A program made the position numbers and the translations under genes. Shown piece after piece: positions 17,339-27,146 of a stretch of DNA of 64,000 nt. The stretch's first letter is position 1; the number at the start of each line of letters is the position of its first letter. Below the pieces are notes generated by a model. The model saw only the letters and a program-made list of their open reading frames with translations, had not been told where the DNA came from and searched no databases. The stretch is from Spirochaetales bacterium Spiro_05 (GTDB taxonomy: Bacteria > Spirochaetota > Spirochaetia > Sphaerochaetales > Sphaerochaetaceae), in contig LVBG01000027.1 in NCBI GenBank assembly GCA_001603115.1, positions 26,638-90,637 on the forward strand, read 5' to 3'.

Positions 17339-20290
17339 ATGAGTGAACGCATTTGGACTGTTGGTGATGAGGTTTCCGGATTCCAGTTGATGGAAATTTC
17401 CCATCTGGAGGAGTACAAGGGAACCGGGTATCTCTTCAAGCATATTGAAACCAACTTCGAAGTCTTCCAACTGGTCAATGATGACACTGAGCTGTTCTTC
17501 AGCTACATCTTCCGCACACTCCCCAGCAACGACTGCGGCATCGCCCACATTCTCGAACACTGTGTGCTGGCTGGGTCCGAGCGCTATCCGGTGCGCGACC
17601 CCTTCATGTCCCTGCTCAAGGGGAGCACCAACACGTTCATGAACGCGATGACCTACCCGGACAAGACGCTCTATCCGGCTGCAAGTCCCTTGAAAAAGGA
17701 TTTTGACAACCTCTTCCATGTCTACACCGATGCGGTCTTTGCTCCCTTGCTTCGGGAGGAGACTTTCTGGCAGGAAGGGGTGCGACTCGTCTGTGATGGG
17801 GAGACCTGTCACTTTGAGGGTGTTGTCTACAACGAGATGCTCGGCGATGGTGCCGACCACGATTCGGTTGTCGGCAAGGGTTCGGTCCGTTCGCTTTTTC
17901 CCGATACTCCCCTTGCCTTTGAGTCGGGTGGAAACCCAGAGCAGATCATCAAGCTGGACTACCAGCAGTTCCTGGCATTCTACAGCCAGTTCTATCATCC
18001 GTCCAACGGCAAGCTTTTTCTCTATGGCGCACTTGATGTCGCCGAGAAGCTGGCATTCCTGGATGCAGAGTACCTCAAGACCAGAGGATCGCTGAACATC
18101 AACAGCATCTGCCCGCCCGCCAAGAAGTGGGACAGGGAGCGGAAGGTGACCCTCACCAGCCCGATGGAGGAGGGGGAAGCGAAAGACAACTCCTCTATCG
18201 TGCTCTCATGGGCAACGAATGAGGTGACTGATACCTTGGAAGTGGTCACCCTCTCCACCTTGGTGGATATCCTTTTGGGAAATCCGGCTGCTCCCCTGTA
18301 CAAGGCTCTCTTGGATAGTGAGCTGGGTCTGGACATCTCACCCGAGAGTGGAATGAGTGCCGACTTCAGGCAAATGCCGTTCTTGGTGGGGTTCAAGGGC
18401 ATTGCCAGTGACAAGGAGGAGGCTGCCAAAGAGTGCATCCTCTCTTCTCTCGCCCGCATTGTGAAGGAAGGGCTCGATCCCAAGCTCATCGCCACATCCA
18501 TCAAGCGCTCTCGGTTCAAGCAACTGGAGATTCCAGGGGGCATCCCCAATGGCTTCAGGGCTCTCAATCGCGCCCTGCGCGGGTGGAATTACGACCTTTC
18601 CCCCACGTGCACCATTGAGTCGGCAAAGCCGCTTGCGGAGCTTGAACTCCAGCTTGAGGCGAATGAACGCTACTTTGAGCAGTGGATCGAGAAAAACCTT
18701 TTGGAAAACCAGCATCGATGTCTGGTAACCGTCAGACCCGATGCTGATCATCAGAAGCGACAGAATGAGGCTATTGCCAAGCATGCCCAAGGCATTGCAG
18801 AGGAGCTTGGCAAGAAGGGGCTGAAGCAACTGATGCAGCAGAACCAACGCTTCATGCTCTTCGAGCAGGATTCCGATACCCCTGAAGCCTTGGAAAAGGT
18901 TCCGTATCTGCACCTCAGTGACCTTCCGGTCACCGTACGCACCAATGAGCACGAGCTGGTGCTCTCAGGCGGCCAGGACCTCTATATCCGTCCCCTGTTC
19001 TGCAATACGATTGTCTATGCCGACTTTGCAGTGCGTTGTGAGGACCTGAGTGAGCGTGAGCTGCTGCTGCTGCCGCTTTTCACCCGCATGGTACAGATGA
19101 CCGGCCTCGGCGAGCTTTCTTACAGTGAAGTTTCTCAAAAGCTGAAACACCTTACCGGGGATTTCAACCTGTTTGTTGAGATGGGTTCGTCCAATCGCGG
19201 TGAGGATACCATGGTCATGCTGTGCAGGACCAAGACCTTGTATGAGGATTTTGAGCAGGCGATGCTCTTCATCAGTGAGTTGCTGGGCAAGGCAAACGTG
19301 ACCGACCTGAAGCAACTGAAGCTGGTGCTGAACAACTATCGCACCGACTTTGCCGATAGTGTCACCTATAATGCACACAGCTTTGCTTCCCTCAGTGCGG
19401 CAAGTGTCTTCAGTCCCATCCAATGGGAAGGGGAGCAGCTCTCCGGACTCCAGCAGTGGTTCTTCTTGGAATCGATCAAGGACGATGCCCTTGACCAGCT
19501 TGCCCAAGAGTTGGCGCTGCTGCAGAAAAAGCTCCATAACCGAAGGCGCCTGATCAGCCACCTCAGCTGTGATGAGGAGCAGGTCACTTCGCTTTCAAAT
19601 GTGTGGGAACGCTTCACCCTCTCCTTTGCTGAGGGGGAGGAGATTGTAAGAAAACAGCGCTTCTATGAGCAGGTGAGCAAAGGTCTGGTACATGAAGTGC
19701 AGCTCTACCGGCTTCCCTCCACCGTCAGCTATGCAGCCTGGGCAATGCGCACCAGCGCCAAAGGTACCCCCCTGCAGGCCGCTCAGGTGGTGCTCGGCCA
19801 GCTGCTCAGTACCAATGACCTCTGGGAGGTTATCCGTGGTCAGGGTGGGGCCTATGGGGTCTCCGCCAATGCAGATGTCATGGAGGAGATGTTTGTCTTC
19901 TCCTCCTACCGTGATCCGCGTATTGCAGGAACCTATAGTGATTTCAAGCGTATTCTCACCAAATATGCCTCTGTTCCGATCGAACAGAAGCAGATTGAGA
20001 ATGCCCTGATCACCACCATTGGTTCAGAACTGAAGCCACTTTCTCCTGCACAGGACTCTATGTTGGCTTTCCGCCGGTTGCTCTATCACATTACCGATGA
20101 GTTCAGGGCGCTCAGGCGCGAACAACTTTTGAAGGTGGATGGGAAAGCAATCAATGAAGGAGCGCAAGCCCTGCTTGATAACGCGGTTCGCGAGGACTCG
20201 TATGTGGTGCTCTCCGGATCCCAGCTCTTGGAAGTGGAGAAAGAGAAACATCCTATGCTTGATCGTCCTTCTGTCCGTTTGCCGTTGTAG
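17339..20290 (+). CDS. M16C insulinase-family metallopeptidase (PreP-like)
   Basis: Inverted zincin HILEH; FMNAMTYPDKT, GVVYNEM, GGAYG, SYRDP. Confidence 0.93.
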   Translation: MSERIWTVGDEVSGFQLMEISHLEEYKGTGYLFKHIETNFEVFQLVNDDTELFFSYIFRTLPSNDCGIAHILEHCVLAGSERYPVRDPFMSLLKGSTNTFMNAMTYPDKTLYPAASPLKKDFDNLFHVYTDAVFAPLLREETFWQEGVRLVCDGETCHFEGVVYNEMLGDGADHDSVVGKGSVRSLFPDTPLAFESGGNPEQIIKLDYQQFLAFYSQFYHPSNGKLFLYGALDVAEKLAFLDAEYLKTRGSLNINSICPPAKKWDRERKVTLTSPMEEGEAKDNSSIVLSWATNEVTDTLEVVTLSTLVDILLGNPAAPLYKALLDSELGLDISPESGMSADFRQMPFLVGFKGIASDKEEAAKECILSSLARIVKEGLDPKLIATSIKRSRFKQLEIPGGIPNGFRALNRALRGWNYDLSPTCTIESAKPLAELELQLEANERYFEQWIEKNLLENQHRCLVTVRPDADHQKRQNEAIAKHAQGIAEELGKKGLKQLMQQNQRFMLFEQDSDTPEALEKVPYLHLSDLPVTVRTNEHELVLSGGQDLYIRPLFCNTIVYADFAVRCEDLSERELLLLPLFTRMVQMTGLGELSYSEVSQKLKHLTGDFNLFVEMGSSNRGEDTMVMLCRTKTLYEDFEQAMLFISELLGKANVTDLKQLKLVLNNYRTDFADSVTYNAHSFASLSAASVFSPIQWEGEQLSGLQQWFFLESIKDDALDQLAQELALLQKKLHNRRRLISHLSCDEEQVTSLSNVWERFTLSFAEGEEIVRKQRFYEQVSKGLVHEVQLYRLPSTVSYAAWAMRTSAKGTPLQAAQVVLGQLLSTNDLWEVIRGQGGAYGVSANADVMEEMFVFSSYRDPRIAGTYSDFKRILTKYASVPIEQKQIENALITTIGSELKPLSPAQDSMLAFRRLLYHITDEFRALRREQLLKVDGKAINEGAQALLDNAVREDSYVVLSGSQLLEVEKEKHPMLDRPSVRLPL

Positions 20291-21590
20291 GCCTTTCGCC
20301 CCAAATCCGGGCCAAAGAGTTCAGTTCCTTCGGATCCTTGAGCTTGAGCACAACGCATTGGCGCAGGCTTGCTTGGCTCTTGGCCACATCCTGGGCAAGG
20401 GCAAGGCAGGATGGGCATCCGCACAGCCCGCAATCGATCCCTGGGAGGGCGGCGAGAATCCTGTCGACCTTCTCCAGTTTCTGCAAGGCTTTCGAGCGGT
20501 CCTTGTCCAACCCCATCACCTGCATCGGTTGGGGGGCTTTCAGGCAAAGGTTGTTCTCAAAGGATGGACTTTGGACGAGAATGCGCTCGACCAGATCCTG
20601 GGAGAGTTCCTTGGGAAGCGCTGTTGACCAGTGCCTCAGCTGTTCGGTGGCCAGAAAGCGGTTGCGGACGGTGAGTATCCCTCCCACACACCCCTCGGCA
20701 CATGCATCAAGCTCAAGGAAGCGCAAACTTGTCTCCTGTTCGTCCTCAAGGATATCGAGAAACTCAATGACATTGTGCATCTCATCAACAGCCAAGGCCC
20801 GACCGCTCTGGTTCGAGCTCTGGCCTTTCACCAGGCTCCAGCGCAAGGCTTTGCGGGTGCAGTGGGGAAAGGTGAAACCGATGTTCTGGTTTGCATACTT
20901 CTCCTTGTCCCGTGCCAGCAAGGTGCTCACCTGATTGTAGGCGGTGTCGAAATTGATGATTCCGTCGAAGAGACGATGTTCTTCCGACCCTTCGGTCTTG
21001 AATTGTGCGATCTTTGCGGCACAGGGGGTAAGATAGAAGATGCCCAGGCTCTCTCCAAGGGCTTTCAGTTCGCTCTTCGCAAAGATGGCGGTGACTTGGG
21101 CAGGAGAACGGAGTCTGGTCAGGTTTTCCACCAAGAGTGGATAGCGTATCTGGATGAGGCGCTGGACTGCAGGGCAGAAGTTGCTGATGAGCGGGAGGGC
21201 CTGCGCCTTCTCCTTTGCCTCCAGGATATCAAGGATATCCACCCCGGTCTCTGCCAGGTAGATGTGGGTGAAGCCGATGTCATAGAGGGCGGAGAGCACT
21301 TGGGTGACGGTGAAGGTATCGGGAAACTGAGCGAAGAAGGGTGCTGGGATGATACCCACCCGATAGGTGAACCTTTGCAGCTGCGAAAGGGGATCTTGCT
21401 CGATTTTGATGGCATCGTTTGGGCAGACGGCCATGCATTGGCCGCAGTCGATGCAGAGCTCTGCTGAAATCCAAGCCTTTCCCTTGGCGATACGGATGGC
21501 ACCGGTGGGACAACGTTTCATGCAATGGGTGCATCCCTTGCACGCATCGTTCAGTACCTGTAGGGAGTGGTGGAAACCCGCATCGCTCAT
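20253..21590 (-). CDS. Group D-like [FeFe]-hydrogenase (putative sensory) with 2x[4Fe-4S] and a C-terminal FeS domain
   Basis: N-terminal CxxCxxCxxxCP twice; variant motifs ISNFCPAV, LTPCAAK, ELDACAEGCVGG; LPGIDCGLCGCPSC. Confidence 0.85.
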   Translation of the reverse strand: MSDAGFHHSLQVLNDACKGCTHCMKRCPTGAIRIAKGKAWISAELCIDCGQCMAVCPNDAIKIEQDPLSQLQRFTYRVGIIPAPFFAQFPDTFTVTQVLSALYDIGFTHIYLAETGVDILDILEAKEKAQALPLISNFCPAVQRLIQIRYPLLVENLTRLRSPAQVTAIFAKSELKALGESLGIFYLTPCAAKIAQFKTEGSEEHRLFDGIINFDTAYNQVSTLLARDKEKYANQNIGFTFPHCTRKALRWSLVKGQSSNQSGRALAVDEMHNVIEFLDILEDEQETSLRFLELDACAEGCVGGILTVRNRFLATEQLRHWSTALPKELSQDLVERILVQSPSFENNLCLKAPQPMQVMGLDKDRSKALQKLEKVDRILAALPGIDCGLCGCPSCLALAQDVAKSQASLRQCVVLKLKDPKELNSLARIWGERPTTANGQKDDQA

Positions 21591-22009
21591 TCGCCCTCCT
21601 TCAGACAGAAGAGCATGGTGATGTGGGTATGCTCCCCCGCCTTGGTCTGGATGGTGAGGTGGTCACAGTTCTTCTTGATGTTCGGCAATCCCATTCCTGC
21701 TCCGTAGCCGAGCTCTCTGACCTGCTCGCTCGCCGTTGACCAACCCTCGGTCATGGCCAGATCGAGATTGGGTATCCCCGGGCCGGTGTCGATCACCTGG
21801 ATGGTGATCTCTTCCTCCTCAAGGTCGCAGACAATCCTTCCCCCATATGAGTGGGCGATCACATTGACCTCCGCCTCAAAGACGGCGACCATGATGCGCT
21901 TGATCGTAAACGGGTTGATGTTCAGCTGTTTGAGCAATCGTTTCAGATTGCTTGAGGCAACACCTGCCACCGAGAAGTCTTGTGCTGGGACGAGGTACTC
22001 TTGTCGCAT
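21587..22009 (-). CDS. RsbT/RsbW-like Ser/Thr kinase (anti-sigma-type ATPase)
   Basis: EAEVNVIAH, DTGPGI, EGWSTAS, GAGMGLPNIK. Confidence 0.88.
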   Translation of the reverse strand: MRQEYLVPAQDFSVAGVASSNLKRLLKQLNINPFTIKRIMVAVFEAEVNVIAHSYGGRIVCDLEEEEITIQVIDTGPGIPNLDLAMTEGWSTASEQVRELGYGAGMGLPNIKKNCDHLTIQTKAGEHTHITMLFCLKEGE

Positions 22010-22010
22010 C

Positions 22011-22355
22011 TCAATATACCGGCTTCAGCCCTTGTGCAAAGAGAAGCCCACTGGTTTTGAAGAGGGAGTAAGAGGTGTAGGCAAGAGCGATGTTCAGCTC
22101 GTTTGCCATGTCGATCATAGTCTGGCTGGGTTTCTTGTTGCGCACCAAAAGGATGTTGGAGATGTCGCTCATCTCGGCGGTCCTGATGGCCTGGTTGTTT
22201 GACAAGCCGGTGATCAGGAGGATGTCGTCCTCCAAGATGGTGAGCACGTCACTCATCAGATCACTGGCAAAGCCCCGTTTCACTTCGTCTTCCAGATGGG
22301 ACTCTCCACATACGAGGACCCCATCTACACATGCAAGGATATCTTTCAGTTTCAT
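22011..22355 (-). CDS. DRTGG-domain protein
   Basis: FASDLMSDVL, LITGL, IRTAEMSDI. Confidence 0.85.
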   Translation of the reverse strand: MKLKDILACVDGVLVCGESHLEDEVKRGFASDLMSDVLTILEDDILLITGLSNNQAIRTAEMSDISNILLVRNKKPSQTMIDMANELNIALAYTSYSLFKTSGLLFAQGLKPVY

Positions 22356-22476
22356 AAGGGAGAGTATACCATGCCCGAGGGCTGTGGCGGTAGGGTAAAT
22401 CCAGCTTCCCTTTCTCGCTTTTTGCCTTTCAAAAAGAGAGGTGAGAAGCTATACTGGCGTAAAGAGGAGGTTTTGC

Positions 22477-23979
22477 GTGAAATACGTCGGAGCATTGGAC
22501 CAAGGGACGACCAGTACCCGTTTTATTGTGTTTGACGAGACGGGGACCATCGTAAGTTCCCATCAGCTTGAACATCAACAGATTTACCCTCAGCCCGGTT
22601 GGGTCGAGCACGATCCTTGGGAAATTTGGGACAACAGCAGCGAGTGTATCAGCAAGGCCCTCAAGGCAGCAAACCTGAAAGGCAGTGACATCAGGGGAAT
22701 CGGGATCACCAACCAGCGGGAGACCATTGTCGCTTGGAATCCAAAGACCGGAAAAGTCTGGCACAATGCCATTGTCTGGCAGGACCTCAGGGGTGCAGAG
22801 CTCATCGAACAGCTGAAGAAAGAGGTGGAAACCACCTATCTGCAGAAAAAGAGCGGTCTCATCTTCAGTCCTTACTTTGCAGCCAGCAAGATTGCCTGGC
22901 TTCTTGAGCATGTCGAGGGACTGAGGGACGAGGCTGAGAAGGGTGATGTGGTTTTCGGAACCATCGACACCTGGCTTACCTGGAACCTTACCGGAGGCAA
23001 GGCCTTGGTTACCGATGTCACCAACGCCAGCCGGTACCTTTTGATGAATATCGAGACCTGCCAGTGGGATGACGAGCTGCTTGAGCTCTTCAATATTCCC
23101 AGGCGCGCGCTTCCCGCCATTGTTCCCTCCTCAGGGACTGTCTATGCAGATACCACCCCCAGCGGACCATTGCGAGCAGAGGTTCCCGTGTGCGGGATTT
23201 TGGGCGACCAGCAGGCAGCGCTGTTCGGGCAAGCCTGTTTCTCCGAAGGGTTGGGCAAGAGCACCTACGGGACCGGCTGCTTTCTGTTGGTGAACACCGG
23301 CCACAAGCTTGTTACCTCTGAGCAAGGCTTGCTCACCACGGTTGCCTACCAGCTGGGGGATGAGCCTCCTTTCTACGCCTTGGAGGGTTCGATTGCTGTT
23401 GCCGGCTCACTTGTCCAGTGGGCGCGCGACAATCTGAAGATCGTGTCGAATCCGCAGGAACTGGACAAACTGGCCTCCTCTGTGCCAGACTGCGGCGGTG
23501 TATACATCGTCCCTGCTTTCAGTGGTCTCTTTGCTCCCTACTGGAGAAGTGATGCTCGTGGGGTTATTGCAGGCCTTACGGGTTTTGCAACCCGGGCTCA
23601 TCTGAGCAGGGCCATCTTGGAAGCCACCGCTTTCCAGGCCCATGACATTTTCAAGGGCATGGAAGAGGACAGCGGCATCAAGATGACCACCCTGAAAGTT
23701 GACGGTGGGCTTACGAACAGCACTCCGCTGATGGAGTTCCAGGCTGACCTTCTGGGCATCCCTGTCATCCGGCCCAAGGTGGTGGAGACCACCGCCCTTG
23801 GAGCGGCATATGCTGCCGGGCTTTCGGTGGGAATCTGGAAGGATTTGGACCAGCTCTCCGCCTATTGGCAGGAAGAGAAACGCTGGGAACCAAAGATGGA
23901 TGATGAGGTGCGTCAGCAGAAGATACGGTTCTGGAAGAAAGCAGTGAACCGTACCTTGGATTGGGTAACCGAAGAGTAG
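22477..23979 (+). CDS. glpK: Glycerol kinase
   Basis: DQGTTSTR, GWVEHDP, TNQRET, WQD, GDQQAALFGQ; GAGGAGG RBS before GTG. Confidence 0.96.
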   Translation: MKYVGALDQGTTSTRFIVFDETGTIVSSHQLEHQQIYPQPGWVEHDPWEIWDNSSECISKALKAANLKGSDIRGIGITNQRETIVAWNPKTGKVWHNAIVWQDLRGAELIEQLKKEVETTYLQKKSGLIFSPYFAASKIAWLLEHVEGLRDEAEKGDVVFGTIDTWLTWNLTGGKALVTDVTNASRYLLMNIETCQWDDELLELFNIPRRALPAIVPSSGTVYADTTPSGPLRAEVPVCGILGDQQAALFGQACFSEGLGKSTYGTGCFLLVNTGHKLVTSEQGLLTTVAYQLGDEPPFYALEGSIAVAGSLVQWARDNLKIVSNPQELDKLASSVPDCGGVYIVPAFSGLFAPYWRSDARGVIAGLTGFATRAHLSRAILEATAFQAHDIFKGMEEDSGIKMTTLKVDGGLTNSTPLMEFQADLLGIPVIRPKVVETTALGAAYAAGLSVGIWKDLDQLSAYWQEEKRWEPKMDDEVRQQKIRFWKKAVNRTLDWVTEE

Positions 23980-23988
23980 GAGAACCGA

Positions 23989-24810
23989 ATGGTCCTTGAT
24001 ACGATGCAGTCCATGCTCTCAGTAGTGCGTCCCGCCTTGCAGGTGGGCTTGCTTGCATGGGTTTTCTATCGATTCTACACAACCATTGCCCAAACCAAAG
24101 CCCAGCAGCTCATCAAAGTTGTGGTGGTCCTTTTCGCTACCTATGCAGTCAGCTACATCCTCAAGTTGCAGGTGCTGCTGTTCTTCTTTCGTTACATCAG
24201 CATTCCTGCAACCATCTTCATCTGCATCGTCTACCAACCCGAGTTGAGGCGTTCCTTCACCCAATTGTGGAGTGGGGGAAGCCGGCTGTTCCGCATCGGC
24301 ACGCAAACCACGAGCAGCGACCAGATTGATTCAATCCTCAATGCGTGCAATGTGCTGGTGAACAAGCGGCGTGGAGCCCTGATTGTGTTCCCTCGGCGTT
24401 TGGGTATCAAGAACATCATCGACAGCGGGACCAGGATCAATGCCGACCTCTCGACCTCTCTCATCCTGACCGTGTTCGACCATGACACGCCGTTGCATGA
24501 TGGAGCGATGGTCATCCAAGGAGGAAGGATCGTTGCAGCTGGTTGCTACCTTCCGCTTTCAGAGCAGACAGACATCAAGAAGAGTTTTGGTACCCGACAC
24601 CGTGCAGCCTTGGGGCTTGCCGAGGAGTCGGATGCTGTGGTGTTGGTCGTCAGTGAGGAGACCGGAGCGATCAGCATGACCTACAATGCAAACCTCTACT
24701 ACGACCTGGACACCACTACAATCAAGCGCATGTTGCTTGCACTCTTCAGTTACCACGACATTACTCCCGAGGAGCTCATGCAGGAGGCCGGCAGTGATGA
24801 AGCTGAGTAA
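23989..24810 (+). CDS. cdaA: Membrane diadenylate cyclase
   Basis: Three TM helices; PLHDGA and GTRHRAA motifs; VSEETG. Confidence 0.95.
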   Translation: MVLDTMQSMLSVVRPALQVGLLAWVFYRFYTTIAQTKAQQLIKVVVVLFATYAVSYILKLQVLLFFFRYISIPATIFICIVYQPELRRSFTQLWSGGSRLFRIGTQTTSSDQIDSILNACNVLVNKRRGALIVFPRRLGIKNIIDSGTRINADLSTSLILTVFDHDTPLHDGAMVIQGGRIVAAGCYLPLSEQTDIKKSFGTRHRAALGLAEESDAVVLVVSEETGAISMTYNANLYYDLDTTTIKRMLLALFSYHDITPEELMQEAGSDEAE

Positions 24811-25201
24811 GTACCTGCAATCGTTTTTGGTAAATTGGCCGGCCAAAGTGCTTTCGTTGGTCTTTGCCCTCCTGGTGTATGTCTTCATCCAATACTCCAC
24901 CATGGGAGCGAGAGTGGTGACCATTCCTGTCCAGGTGAGTCTTCCTCCCACCCTTGAGGCGCAAAGCCTTGTTCCGACATCGGTGGAAGTCATCATCCGT
25001 GGAAATGAGGATGTCATCTATCTCATCGATCCAAATGCCATCAAGGCATCCATAGATTTCTCTGCTGTGGAGCAAGAGGGCATCTCCACCGCCTTGGTGG
25101 TGCTCAGCTACGAGGAACGCGTATTCGATAGTGCTGGTATCTCCTTGGTGGCGAATCCCAACCAGTATCGGATTCTCTTCTCGGTGAGGAGCTCGCCTTG
25201 A
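24797..25201 (+). CDS. cdaR: CdaR/YbbR-like protein (single domain)
   Basis: NWPAKVLSLVFALL anchor; directly follows cdaA. Confidence 0.75.
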   Translation: MKLSKYLQSFLVNWPAKVLSLVFALLVYVFIQYSTMGARVVTIPVQVSLPPTLEAQSLVPTSVEVIIRGNEDVIYLIDPNAIKASIDFSAVEQEGISTALVVLSYEERVFDSAGISLVANPNQYRILFSVRSSP

Positions 25202-25575
25202 TGGATATGGGAATCGGCATTGATGTGGTGAACATCGACCGAATGAAGAATCTCTCTGAACATGCATGTGAGCGGATGTTCCACCCCCTGGAGTTGCAGG
25301 AAGCAGCAGGGTTCTCCACTGAACGTCGTGCGGAGTTTCTTGCCGGTCGCTTTGCTGTAAAGGAAGCCTTCGGAAAGGCCCTGGGCACCGGACTCTCCGC
25401 TCTGAGCCTCCAGGAGATCCGTGTGGAACGACAAAGCGATGGGCGGCCTGTTCTTCATCTGGAGGGCAAGGCCCTGCAGCTGCTGGGCAATCGCAAGGCC
25501 TTGGTCTCCATCAGCCATGACCGGCCGGTGGCTGTTGCCATGGTGGTGCTCGGGGGTGACAATGGCCCGTTCTGA
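25201..25575 (+). CDS. acpS: Holo-ACP synthase
   Basis: GIGIDVV, AGRFAVKEAFGKALGTG, VSISHD. Confidence 0.95.
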   Translation: MDMGIGIDVVNIDRMKNLSEHACERMFHPLELQEAAGFSTERRAEFLAGRFAVKEAFGKALGTGLSALSLQEIRVERQSDGRPVLHLEGKALQLLGNRKALVSISHDRPVAVAMVVLGGDNGPF

Positions 25576-26410
25576 TTGGAAACGACCTGAGCTGGAAAGC
25601 CTTGGCGAGGGACTGAGAAGAATCCGGCTCACCGTAAGTTATCATGGAAGTCATTACAGCGGCTGGCAAAAACAGTCCAACGCCCTTGCTGTTGCAGAGG
25701 TTCTGGAGCAGGCTGTCGAGCAGATGATCGGAGAGCGCGTCGAGATTGTGGGAAGCGGCAGGACCGACAGCGGGGTGCATGCCCTTGCCCAAGTCTGCCA
25801 CATGGATATCGCCAACCAGAAGGTGCAAGCCTCAGTCTTCCGTTGCGCTTTGAACCGATTGCTTCCCACTGATATCAGGATTCTGGACAGCCTTGAGGTG
25901 GATGGCTCTTTCCATGCCCGCTATACCACCATGGCAAGGATGTACCGCTATTACTTCAAGCAGGAAGAGGATATGACTGCCTTTGACGACCAGCTTGTGG
26001 CTAAAGTGAAGCATTTCCCCTCCCTTGAGGTGCTCAACAGCTATGCAAAGGTTTTGCTAGGCACCCACGACTTCACCACCTTCACCGCAAGCGGGGATTT
26101 ATGCCCGAGCAAGTGGCGTGACATCTATGAGTCCTACTGGTCGCTCGAGACCGACCGATGGGGCTTGTCCCTGCTCAGCTATACCATCTGCGGCAACGCC
26201 TTCCTGTACAAGATGGTGCGTTCGCTGGTAGGCTCGATGATGGAGTTTGCTTCCAAAGGGGTTCTGGTTGAGGAGTTTTCCGCTATCTTGGAGAGCAAGG
26301 AGCGCAGTCGGGCCGGCAGAACAGCGTCCCCTTGCGGTCTGTATCTCTACAGGATCAGTTATGATCGTGATGAGTATGCGTGGTTTGAGGAGGTAGGTCA
26401 TGACAGCTGA
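25562..26410 (+). CDS. truA: tRNA pseudouridine(38-40) synthase
   Basis: GWQKQ, SGRTDSGVHA, FHARY, NAFLYKMVR. Confidence 0.95.
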   Translation: MARSDWKRPELESLGEGLRRIRLTVSYHGSHYSGWQKQSNALAVAEVLEQAVEQMIGERVEIVGSGRTDSGVHALAQVCHMDIANQKVQASVFRCALNRLLPTDIRILDSLEVDGSFHARYTTMARMYRYYFKQEEDMTAFDDQLVAKVKHFPSLEVLNSYAKVLLGTHDFTTFTASGDLCPSKWRDIYESYWSLETDRWGLSLLSYTICGNAFLYKMVRSLVGSMMEFASKGVLVEEFSAILESKERSRAGRTASPCGLYLYRISYDRDEYAWFEEVGHDS

Positions 26411-27146
26411 CCAAGCCAAGGTTGAAGCGTTGGCCTATGCGCTTAAGCAGTTTGTCGATGTGTGCGATGAATCTGAAGCGCTTGTTGGCGACAAGCCTCT
26501 CACTCCCAGCGAAGTGGATTTCGAGACGCTCGCACGTACCATGCTTCCACAGAAGATTGACCCACAGAGTGTACAGGGGACCGGTCTGAAACAACTTCAG
26601 CACCTGGTTGAAACCTGCTCCAAGTGCAAGCTCAGCGGAACACGGAGCCATACCGTATTTGGGGAGGGAGTCATCCCTGCCCGTCTGATGGTCATCGGCG
26701 AGGGCCCCGGGGCTGAGGAGGATGCGAGCGGCAGGGCTTTTGTCGGCAAAGCCGGCAAGTATCTGGACAGCTGGTTGGGCGCCATCTCGATGAGCCGGGA
26801 GACGAACGTGTACATCGCCAACATTGTCAAATGCCGACCACCGGAGAATCGCAATCCCGAAGTCGATGAGGTTGCAGCCTGTCTGCCCTACCTCAAGCGC
26901 CAGATCCAACTGGTAAAGCCGCAGATCATATTGCTTGTCGGTTCTGTCGCCAGTCAAGCACTGCTTGAAACCACCGACGGGGTGGGGAAGCTGCGCGGAA
27001 GATTCTTCCGCTTTGAGGGCATACCTGTGGTGGCCACCTATCATCCTGCCGGGGTGCTTCGCAACGAGCAGCTCAAACGAGCAGTTTGGGAGGACCTGAA
27101 GAAAGTGGCAGCATACCTGGCCATCCCGCTGAATGGGAGGTCGTGA
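26400..27146 (+). CDS. Uracil-DNA glycosylase family 4
   Basis: CSKCKL, IGEGPG, KCRPPENRNP, TYHPA. Confidence 0.93.
   Translation: MTADQAKVEALAYALKQFVDVCDESEALVGDKPLTPSEVDFETLARTMLPQKIDPQSVQGTGLKQLQHLVETCSKCKLSGTRSHTVFGEGVIPARLMVIGEGPGAEEDASGRAFVGKAGKYLDSWLGAISMSRETNVYIANIVKCRPPENRNPEVDEVAACLPYLKRQIQLVKPQIILLVGSVASQALLETTDGVGKLRGRFFRFEGIPVVATYHPAGVLRNEQLKRAVWEDLKKVAAYLAIPLNGRS

Noticed and set aside
20253-20290. Convergent 3' gene overlaps (also 57067-57095 and 59786-59827)
   Set aside because: Short tail-to-tail overlaps are ordinary in compact genomes
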